Of a stretch of 64,000 nt of DNA, positions 56,901-64,000 are shown piece after piece. The stretch comes from Deltaproteobacteria bacterium (lineage in GTDB: Bacteria > Desulfobacterota > Desulfuromonadia > Desulfuromonadales > JAAYDE01): assembly GCA_012729375.1 (NCBI GenBank), contig JAAYDE010000009.1:1177-65176 (forward strand), read 5' to 3'. The translations under genes were made by a program, and so were the position numbers. Each line of letters begins with the position of its first letter. Position 1 is the first letter of the stretch. Below the pieces are notes generated by a model. The model ran no database searches. It was not told the DNA's origin and saw nothing but the letters and a program-made list of their open reading frames with translations.

Positions 56901-57685
56901 CGCCTCAAGCCCTCGGTCTCGACCTGGGCAGCCGTCGGGTCAAAATCGCCGCGCTGAGCGGCACCCGGATCGCCTGGCTCAAAACCTTCGACACCATCCC
57001 CTTCTACCGGAGCTTCAGCCGCCTCGACAACAATGAGCTGGTGATCGATTTCCAAGCCGCCGGCATCGACTGCGGTTCCGCCGAAGCCCCCGTCGCCGTG
57101 GCGGCCACCGGTTACGGGCGCAACGCCATCCGCCTGCGCGGCGCCCGCATCCTTCCGGAAATCCAGGCCCACTGCCGGGGAGTCACCTTTCAGACCGGCT
57201 TTGCCACCTTCACCCTTCTCGATCTCGGCGGGCAGGACACCAAGGTGGCCCGCGTCGAAAAGGGTCTGTTGACCGATTTCGTCATGAACGACAAATGCGC
57301 CGCCTCCTCCGGACGCTACCTGGAGAACATGGCCGCGGTCCTCGATGTTTCCCTGGAGAAACTGTCCAGCCATTGGCAGGACCCCGTTCCCCTGAGCGCC
57401 ACCTGCGGCATCTTCGGGGAAAGCGAGCTGATCGGGCGCATCCTCGAAGGGCACCCTCTGGAAAACCTGTGCGCCGGCGTCAACCAGACGCTGCTCAAAA
57501 GAATCCTGCCCATGCTGCGTCCCTTCCCCCTCGACCTTCTGGTCGTCACCGGCGGGGTCGCCCACAACCAGGCGCTGATCACCCTGCTGCGCCGCAAAAC
57601 CGGCGCCTCGATCATCATTCCCGAACACCCCACCCACAACGGCGCCATCGGCTGCGCCGCCGGCCTGCTCGAAGACGGGCGCTAA
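56897..57685 (+). CDS. HgdC/BcrA/BadF-type ATPase (activase of 2-hydroxyacyl-CoA dehydratase-like enzymes)
   Basis: ASKHA-fold motifs LGLDLGSRRVKIA and DLGGQDTKV, plus cluster-bridging Cys contexts NDKCAASSGRY and SATCGIF. 4-nt overlap with the upstream gene. Confidence 0.85.
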   Translation: MTPQALGLDLGSRRVKIAALSGTRIAWLKTFDTIPFYRSFSRLDNNELVIDFQAAGIDCGSAEAPVAVAATGYGRNAIRLRGARILPEIQAHCRGVTFQTGFATFTLLDLGGQDTKVARVEKGLLTDFVMNDKCAASSGRYLENMAAVLDVSLEKLSSHWQDPVPLSATCGIFGESELIGRILEGHPLENLCAGVNQTLLKRILPMLRPFPLDLLVVTGGVAHNQALITLLRRKTGASIIIPEHPTHNGAIGCAAGLLEDGR

Positions 57686-57738
57686 AGACGCCATTTCCCC
57701 TGAAACATCTCGGCGCCGGAAAGATGGGCTCTCCCCCT

Positions 57739-58398
57739 TCAGGACGGGGATTTGGCGGAAGGCTGGCCGTATCCCGTGAACTTTTCGAGAACCCGGTCCA
57801 TCTCCGCCGCGGAGAGGATGGCCGGCTCGCCGACCATCTTTGCCTGCAGATACACCCTGGCCACGAACTCGATCTCCTCGGCCACATGGAAGGCTTTCTC
57901 CAGGCTGGCGCCGATGCTGACCAGGCCGTGATTGGCGAGCAGGGCCGCCTGGTATCCGTCGATGGCCCGAACCAGGTTCGCGGCCAGTTCCGGGCTGCCG
58001 AAAGTGGCGTAGGGAGCCACCGGCACCTTCCTGCCGGCGCAGCCGACCAGATAATGGGCGGGCGGAATCTCCCACCCCAGGCAGGCCAGAGTGGTGGCAT
58101 AAACGGAGTGGGTATGGACCACGGCGCGAATCTGCGGATAGCGTTCATAGAGGGCGAGATGCAGGGGCAGTTCGCTGGACGGCCGCGGCTTTCCCTCCAC
58201 CGCCCGGCCCTGGAGATCGACCAGCACCACGTCGCCGGCGACGATTTCCGGGTAGGGAACCCCGCTGGGGGTGATGGCCACAAGCTGCCGCGCCCCGTCC
58301 AAAATGCTCAAGTTCCCCCCGGAACCGGTGGTCAGGGCCGAGGTGATGAGCCGTTTGCCGAATTCGACGATACGTTCCCGTTCTTCCCGAAGCATCAT
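57739..58398 (-). CDS. Class II aldolase/adducin-family protein (FucA/MtnB-like)
   Basis: GSGGNLS and HTHSVYAT zinc-ligand motifs. Start chosen at MMLREERERIV. Confidence 0.8.
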   Translation of the reverse strand: MMLREERERIVEFGKRLITSALTTGSGGNLSILDGARQLVAITPSGVPYPEIVAGDVVLVDLQGRAVEGKPRPSSELPLHLALYERYPQIRAVVHTHSVYATTLACLGWEIPPAHYLVGCAGRKVPVAPYATFGSPELAANLVRAIDGYQAALLANHGLVSIGASLEKAFHVAEEIEFVARVYLQAKMVGEPAILSAAEMDRVLEKFTGYGQPSAKSPS

Positions 58399-58567
58399 AA
58401 GCCGATATCCTTTCCGGAACTGGCGGACATTCTTGGCGCCGCGCAACGATCACCAGGGTTTAAAAAAGCCACCATTCCATAACCCAAAGCTTGCAACAAA
58501 AATGGGAAAAGGCCGCCCGGTAACTGTTTTTTTGATTTCAGCCAGCAGCCATTTCCCGGCGCCCCTT

Positions 58568-58610
58568 CCCCTGCTCCCGGCTGATCGGCCGGGGGCAGGG
58601 GCCGATTTTT
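58568..58610 (+). terminator. Orphan intrinsic-terminator-like hairpin in a divergent promoter region
   Basis: 14-bp stem cccctgctcccggc / gccgggggcagggg (one G-U pair) with loop tgatcg. After 4 nt it is followed by TTTTT. There is no plus-strand CDS upstream. Confidence 0.45.
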
Positions 58611-58671
58611 CGACTGGGGAAAATGTATCAGAATCAGCCTTTTTTCGTCACCAAATTGTCACCCGTCGCGG

Positions 58672-58700
58672 TTGACATTCTTTTCGGGGTCATATATATA
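58672..58700 (+). promoter_or_regulatory. Sigma-70-like promoter for the Lpd-like gene
   Basis: TTGACA (58672-58677), a 17-nt spacer, then TATATA (58695-58700). RBS AAGGAG at 58731-58736 and ATG at 58745. Confidence 0.5.
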
Positions 58701-58744
58701 ATATTCAATATACATAAATTTTCCATACCAAAGGAGAATCGTCC

Positions 58745-60163
58745 ATGGGCAAATACGATTTCGATATCCTGGTCATCGGCCTTGGTCCCGCCGGCATGGC
58801 CGTCGCCGCCATGGGAGCGGAAATGGGCCTCAAGGTCTGCGCCGTCGAGAAGAACCGGATCGGCGGGGAGTGCCTCAATGTCGGCTGCATCCCCAGCAAG
58901 GCCTTGCTGCGCATCGCCAAGACCCGCCACACCTTCGCCGGGCTGAAGGAGATGGCGCTTTCGGGAAGCGTACTCCCCGAGCCCGGCGACCTCTTCGGCA
59001 AAATCGCCGCGGATTTGCAATATATCAATGACAACAAGACCGTCGGCATGTTCAAAAAGGTCGATCTGCGCCTCGGGGAAGGGGCCGCTTCTTTTGTCGA
59101 TCCCCACACCGTCGAGGTGGCCGGCAAAAAAATCAGCGCCCAACGGATTTTCATCGCCACGGGCACCCGCCCCCGCCTGTTGCCGATTCCGGGCCTGGAC
59201 GGGGTGGAAGTCCTCACCAACGAGAATATTTTCCATCTCGATAAAGTTCCCCGATCCCTGGCCATCATCGGCGGCGGCGCCATCGGCTGCGAAATGGCCC
59301 AGGCTTTTAGCCGCCTCGGCTGCCCCTGCAGCATCGTCCAGGCCGATCCCTTCCTGATTCCCAACGGCGACCCGGAAGCGGGCGAACTGCTGGAAAAGGT
59401 TTTCGCCGCAGAGGGAATCCAGGTCTATAACGCCCGCCGTATCGACAGCATCGAGAAAAAAGACGACGGCGTATCGATACGGACCGACCGGGGGGAAATC
59501 ATCACCGGCGAGCGGCTGCTCATGGCCGCGGGGCGGACGATCGACCTGTCTTCCCTCAAGCTGGAACACGCCGGCATCGAAACCACTCCGGCGGGAGCCG
59601 TCCGGGTGGACAGATACCTGCGCACCTCCCGGAAAAACGTCTTCGCCGTGGGGGACTGCAACGGCCACTGGCAGCTCTCCCACGCCGCCATGCATCAGGG
59701 CATGATCGCCCTCATGAACTGCCTGCTGCCCTGGAAGGCCAAGCGGGATTTCCTCGGCTACGCGGTCCCCTGGGCGGTCTTCACCGAACCCCAGGTCAGC
59801 TATGTGGGCCTGCGGGAGAAGGAGCTGAAGGAGCAAAACATCCGCTACGAAACGATCCGCGTCAACTATGGCGACTACGGCGCCGCCATCGCCGAGAACG
59901 TGGCCACCGGCTTCGTCAAGGTCTTCGCCGGCCGCGCCGGAAAGATCCTCGGCGTCAGCATCGTCGGCGAGGGTTCCGGGGAGATGATCAACGAATGGGC
60001 GCTGGCCATCCAGAAAAAGATCCGCCTCCACGACATTCTGCTGCAGCAGCACGCCTTCCCCACCATGGGTTTTCTTTCCAAGCGGGCGGCAGAAGTGTGG
60101 ATGATGAAAAAGATGGGCTCCATTACCTTGCAGAAAATCTGCCGCTGGCTCTTCCGGCGCTGA
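58745..60163 (+). CDS. Dihydrolipoyl dehydrogenase-family pyridine nucleotide-disulfide oxidoreductase
   Basis: FAD motif GLGPAGM, redox disulfide GGECLNVGCIPSK, a second Rossmann IIGGGAIGCE, and an interface-domain HAFPTM. Confidence 0.85.
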   Translation: MGKYDFDILVIGLGPAGMAVAAMGAEMGLKVCAVEKNRIGGECLNVGCIPSKALLRIAKTRHTFAGLKEMALSGSVLPEPGDLFGKIAADLQYINDNKTVGMFKKVDLRLGEGAASFVDPHTVEVAGKKISAQRIFIATGTRPRLLPIPGLDGVEVLTNENIFHLDKVPRSLAIIGGGAIGCEMAQAFSRLGCPCSIVQADPFLIPNGDPEAGELLEKVFAAEGIQVYNARRIDSIEKKDDGVSIRTDRGEIITGERLLMAAGRTIDLSSLKLEHAGIETTPAGAVRVDRYLRTSRKNVFAVGDCNGHWQLSHAAMHQGMIALMNCLLPWKAKRDFLGYAVPWAVFTEPQVSYVGLREKELKEQNIRYETIRVNYGDYGAAIAENVATGFVKVFAGRAGKILGVSIVGEGSGEMINEWALAIQKKIRLHDILLQQHAFPTMGFLSKRAAEVWMMKKMGSITLQKICRWLFRR

Positions 60164-60356
60164 TCTGTTCCTTGCGGACGGCGGTGCCTGAAGGCTTCCG
60201 GGGCAGGCGAAATCCGCCCTTTGCCCCCGCAAACCCATAAAAAAGCCCGCCTCCTCGAATACAAAGGGGGCGGGCTTTGGTTCCATTTCCCGCAAACAGC
60301 GAACCCGGTCCGGGCCGGGTTCGTCTTGATGCCTATCCTGTCGGAGGCAATGGGGA

Positions 60357-60575
60357 TCAGCGGGTGTGCTTGCGCGGCTTGGGGATACTGTGGAGGTGTT
60401 CATCCTTGTATTCACGGTCCCGTTTCTTCATCTCCTCCTGGATACTTTCCTCACTGGCCTCCAGAGAATCGGGGTGCTCCTCCATGATCTTCAGCTCCTC
60501 ATCGATCCGGGATACCTCATCGACCAGAACTTCCTCTTCCTGGACCACGGAAATTTTCGTCACTTTACGGGGCAT
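60357..60575 (-). CDS. Small acidic hypothetical protein
   Basis: 72 aa, starting MPRKVTKISVVQEEE, Glu-rich. GGAGG RBS upstream of ATG 60575. No recognisable domain. Confidence 0.4.
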   Translation of the reverse strand: MPRKVTKISVVQEEEVLVDEVSRIDEELKIMEEHPDSLEASEESIQEEMKKRDREYKDEHLHSIPKPRKHTR

Positions 60576-60685
60576 GGCTCCTCCTGTCGGGTGAAGATTG
60601 ATATTTCCGCTCTTGTCTGGGATTCGCGAAGCGAACCCTTGTTTCAATTATAGTCCGCTTCCTGCGCCTTTTCCCGCCGGCGCCG

Positions 60686-62062
60686 TCAGCGACTGCGCAG
60701 ATTCTCCGGAAGAGGATGCTTTCCGAGCATTTCCCGGGCCCGGTCGATCTCCCTTTCATCCAGGTCCGCATCCGTCAACTGACCGGAGAAATAGCGGTCG
60801 TAGGCCGCCAGGTCGAGCAACCCGTGGCCGCTGAAGCAGGCCAGGATCACCTTCTCTTTCCCCTCCTCGCGGGCCTTTTCCGCTTCGCTCACCACCTGGG
60901 CCAGGGCGTTGCAGGTTTCCGGAGCCGGGATGTGCCCCTCGGTACGGGCCCACAGTACGCCGGCCCGATAGGCATCCAGCTGGGAAACCGACTTCGGTTC
61001 GATAAGCCCCTCATGGGCCAGTTGGCTGACGGTGGGGGCCATGCCATGATAACGCAGGCCCCCGGCATGGATGGCTGGCGGAATGAAGGTGTGTCCCAGG
61101 CTGTACATGGCCAGCAGCGGTGTATAGCGGGAGGTGTCGCCGTAGTCGTAGCCGAAGGGGCCGCGGGTCAGGGAGGGACAGGCCTTGGGTTCCACCGGCA
61201 GTATGGAAATCTCCCTGCCGTTCATCTTGTCGAGAACGAAGGGAAAGGAAATCCCCGCGAAATTGCTGCCGCCGCCGGCGCAGCCGATGATCACGTCGGG
61301 TTCATCGCCGACCAGGGCCAGCTGCTTTTTCGCCTCCAGGCCGATGATGGTCTGATGCAGCATGACATGGTTGAGAACGCTGCCTAGGGAATAGCGCGTC
61401 TGCCCGCTTTTGTCGGCGACGGCGGCTTCCACCGCCTCGCTGATGGCGATGCCGAGGCTGCCGGGGGTGTCGGGGTCGGCGGCCAGAGCCGCCCTGCCGG
61501 CGGCGGTTTCGGTGCTGGGACTGGCCAGGCAATTGCCCCCCCAGGTCTGCATCATCGCTTTCCGGTACGGCTTCTGATCGAAGCTGATGCGCACCATGTA
61601 CACCTTGCACTCCAAACCGAACTGGGCGCAGGCGAAGGCCAGGGCGCTGCCCCACTGACCGGCGCCGGTTTCCGTGGTCAGCCTCTTGATGCCGAAAACC
61701 TTGTTGTAATAGACCTGGGGAACGGCCGTATTGGGCTTGTGACTGCCGGGCGGGCTCCCCCCCTCATACTTGACATAGATCCGCGCCGGCGTGCGCAAGG
61801 CCTTTTCGAAAGCGCCGGCGCGGATCAGCGGCGCCGGCCTCCAGATGGAGAGGATTTCCAACACCTCTTGGGGGATGTCGATCCAGCGTTGGGTGCTCAT
61901 CTCCTGTTCGATCAGGTTCATCGGGAAAACCGGCGCCAAAGACTCCGGCGAAATCGGTTTTCCGTCCGCCCCCAAGGGAGGATTGAGCTTGATATCGGCG
62001 AGAATGTTGTACCACTGGCGGGGCATTTCTTCCGGTTTGAGCAGAATATTCTTGCGGGTCAT
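60686..62062 (-). CDS. TrpB-like PLP-dependent enzyme (tryptophan synthase beta, TrpB2 type)
   Basis: 458 aa. TrpB2-type N-terminus ([11 protein letters not shown]), PLP-Lys context GSHKPNTA and GGGSNFAG. Confidence 0.9.
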   Translation of the reverse strand: MTRKNILLKPEEMPRQWYNILADIKLNPPLGADGKPISPESLAPVFPMNLIEQEMSTQRWIDIPQEVLEILSIWRPAPLIRAGAFEKALRTPARIYVKYEGGSPPGSHKPNTAVPQVYYNKVFGIKRLTTETGAGQWGSALAFACAQFGLECKVYMVRISFDQKPYRKAMMQTWGGNCLASPSTETAAGRAALAADPDTPGSLGIAISEAVEAAVADKSGQTRYSLGSVLNHVMLHQTIIGLEAKKQLALVGDEPDVIIGCAGGGSNFAGISFPFVLDKMNGREISILPVEPKACPSLTRGPFGYDYGDTSRYTPLLAMYSLGHTFIPPAIHAGGLRYHGMAPTVSQLAHEGLIEPKSVSQLDAYRAGVLWARTEGHIPAPETCNALAQVVSEAEKAREEGKEKVILACFSGHGLLDLAAYDRYFSGQLTDADLDEREIDRAREMLGKHPLPENLRSR

Positions 62063-62204
62063 GGGGCCTCCTGGAGAAAAAAACTTCCACAGAGCTATAC
62101 CCTAACTTTTTTAAAACAGCGTGTCAATATGGCCGGAAACAATGAACCGCCTTCGGCAAACTTTTACAACCTTCAGGTAAAAAGCCCATGGAAAGGGTAA
62201 AAAT

Positions 62205-63023
62205 TTAAAATGACGTTAGATCGAAGTCTTTTGCCTGCTGACTTTGTGGTTCGTCCTCCGGCCGCGGCGGGTAATCGAACCAGACCAGGGTGGCGCCGAT
62301 GACGCCAAGAGGGATGGACACGAAATTGAGGAAGGGAACGGCCAGCAGAACGAAAACCCCCGTGCCGAACCCGGCCAGCAGGGAGAAACGGGAGAAAAAG
62401 TAGCGGCGCAGCTTCTTGTAGGTGAACTCCTTTCTGGCAGCGACGAAACTCAGGTACTCCACGGCCAGAAAGGAAATCGTCAGCAGGAAGGCGAGGATGG
62501 AAAAGAGAAGACTGCCGACGACGGGCACAAAGTTGAGGCCGAGGAGGAGCAGCATGAGAGCGACGAACACGGCCATTTTCCTGGCTTCCATGGCCAAAAT
62601 CCGCTTGCCGTCGGCCCAGAAGCCGGCCCAGGAAAAGTGCTCCCTCGCCGGCGTGCCGACGATCATCTCTTCGGTCTTTTCCGACAGCAGATCGTTGAAA
62701 GGAGACGCGACCAGGTTGCCGACCACGGTAAAGGTGAAAAAAACCAGCATCCCGGTCACCGCCGCGGCCAGCGCCCACAGGGTATAGTAGAGAATGAGCC
62801 AGTACCAGGCCTCGCCGCTGGGCACCATCTGCAGGACGTAGGCATCGAAAAACAGGAATCCCAGATAAATCAGGGAAGAAAAAACGACGATGTTGATCAG
62901 CAGGGGAACGAGAACGAATTTCCACAGGCGCGGGTGCCCGACCAGGTAGCGGCCGGCCCGAAAGGGATAGAAAAAGCCCCGGGAAAAGCGGGCCAGCGGG
63001 TTGTCGGCAAGAAGGTCGCTCAT
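62205..63023 (-). CDS. EI24/CysZ-family membrane protein
   Basis: 272 aa with multiple TM segments. The N-terminal FFYPFRAGRYLVGHPRLWKFVLVPLLIN pattern is typical of the EI24/CysZ family. Confidence 0.65.
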   Translation of the reverse strand: MSDLLADNPLARFSRGFFYPFRAGRYLVGHPRLWKFVLVPLLINIVVFSSLIYLGFLFFDAYVLQMVPSGEAWYWLILYYTLWALAAAVTGMLVFFTFTVVGNLVASPFNDLLSEKTEEMIVGTPAREHFSWAGFWADGKRILAMEARKMAVFVALMLLLLGLNFVPVVGSLLFSILAFLLTISFLAVEYLSFVAARKEFTYKKLRRYFFSRFSLLAGFGTGVFVLLAVPFLNFVSIPLGVIGATLVWFDYPPRPEDEPQSQQAKDFDLTSF

Positions 63024-63868
63024 AACAGGTGGTTCCTTTCTTCACAAGCGGCGGGAACGGATGCCCGGGGGCCGGCGGCCAGCAGGGTTCCGCACCCGCC
63101 TTCGGCCTGTTTCCGCCAACGGTTGCCGCGCCTCACGTTGGTCAGGCGCGAAGCGAGATAGTCGAAAATCTCCTGGCGGGCTTCGCCGCCGGGGGACCGG
63201 AAGGGGCGATCCGGCATCGGGTTGCATTCCAGAAGGTGCAGCGTCGCCTCGGGAAGGGACTCCATCCGCGAGGCCAGTTGGCGGATCTCCGCGGGGTGGT
63301 CGTTGATCCCCTCCAGGAGCAGGTAGTTGATGCCGATCTGCCGCCGGCGCCGCCGCGACATCTGCGGCACACACCGGTTCAGCATTCGCCACAGATCGTT
63401 GAAGTCCGGACCGCGGGGGATCAGCCGCCGATGGGTTGCCGCGGTGCCCGCATGGATGGAAACCATCACCCCGTTATGATCCATGTTGAGCATTTCCTGC
63501 AGAAGGGGGAGCGGCCGGCCAACCGTGGTCACCGAAACGGGAAGCTCCTGTCGACGGCAAAAGGTCAGGAAGGCCTGGACATTTTCCCAGTTCAGCAGGG
63601 GTTCGCCGATGCCGGAGAGGGTAATCCTCCGCACCCGGCAGCCGTCGCGGCCGGCACCGGCAAGCTGGGAAATCATTTCAGAAAAATGCAGGTTCCGGAA
63701 AAAGCCTTTCCGGCCCGAGGCGCAGAAAGGGCAACCGAGGGCGCATCCCGCCTGGGTGGAAACACAGAGGGTGCCACTGCCGTAAAAGACCGCTTCAACC
63801 GTCAAGCCATCGGCCAGCGGCACGGCGAATTTAAGGTTGCCATCCTCTTTTCCGGCTGCACGGACCAT
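63020..63868 (-). CDS. RlmN/Cfr-like radical SAM enzyme lacking the N-terminal RNA-binding domain
   Basis: TLCVSTQAGCALGCPFC (CxxxCxxC plus the upstream mechanistic Cys), SGIGEPLLN, and C-terminal GGCGTL (second mechanistic Cys). ATG 63868 is preceded by GGGAGGG. The ORF-track start at 63982 lies in AT-rich, apparently non-coding DNA. Confidence 0.75.
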   Translation of the reverse strand: MVRAAGKEDGNLKFAVPLADGLTVEAVFYGSGTLCVSTQAGCALGCPFCASGRKGFFRNLHFSEMISQLAGAGRDGCRVRRITLSGIGEPLLNWENVQAFLTFCRRQELPVSVTTVGRPLPLLQEMLNMDHNGVMVSIHAGTAATHRRLIPRGPDFNDLWRMLNRCVPQMSRRRRRQIGINYLLLEGINDHPAEIRQLASRMESLPEATLHLLECNPMPDRPFRSPGGEARQEIFDYLASRLTNVRRGNRWRKQAEGGCGTLLAAGPRASVPAACEERNHLL

Positions 63869-64000
63869 AGCCAAAACCCTCCCGACAAAGGCTATTTTAA
63901 TGGAAACGAAAAAACTTGTCGAAGGAAAGACTCGGAAAAGGTGCTGGTCATTTCCAAACAGCCTTTTAAATTTCTTCCACATGCCTCTTGTAACGATCTT

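Overview
This is a 64-kb window from a GC-rich chromosome (roughly 60% by eye). It is densely coded and has no rRNA, CRISPR array, transposase or integrase. The core genes are pilMNOPQ next to aroC/aroKB/aroQ, accBC, 2-oxoacid:ferredoxin oxidoreductase, a hemerythrin and an HgdC-type activase. By inference only, these suggest an anaerobic deltaproteobacterium of the Desulfuromonadales/Geobacter type. The standout region is nt 1-21728: twelve same-strand, tightly packed genes. They encode a tripartite RND efflux pump, a four-gene FkbH/FkbK/FkbI/ACP (hydroxymalonyl-ACP type) cassette and two type I PKS proteins (AT-ACP-KS-AT-DH-KR-ACP, then an ACP-less KS-AT). An ABC exporter, a type II thioesterase and a GGDEF diguanylate cyclase complete the set. 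I cannot match this set to a characterised pathway from memory, so it is my best candidate for an undescribed system. After the cluster comes a small low-GC islet holding a NERD-domain gene broken by one in-frame TGA. The remaining ~40 kb looks like ordinary core metabolism plus type IV pilus assembly, tRNA-Leu(UAA), an amino-acid ABC transporter, a minimal HgdB-like/activase pair, TrpB2, and an RlmN-like radical SAM gene coupled to an EI24/CysZ-like membrane protein. All calls rest on reading the supplied translations and the DNA. No database search was possible.
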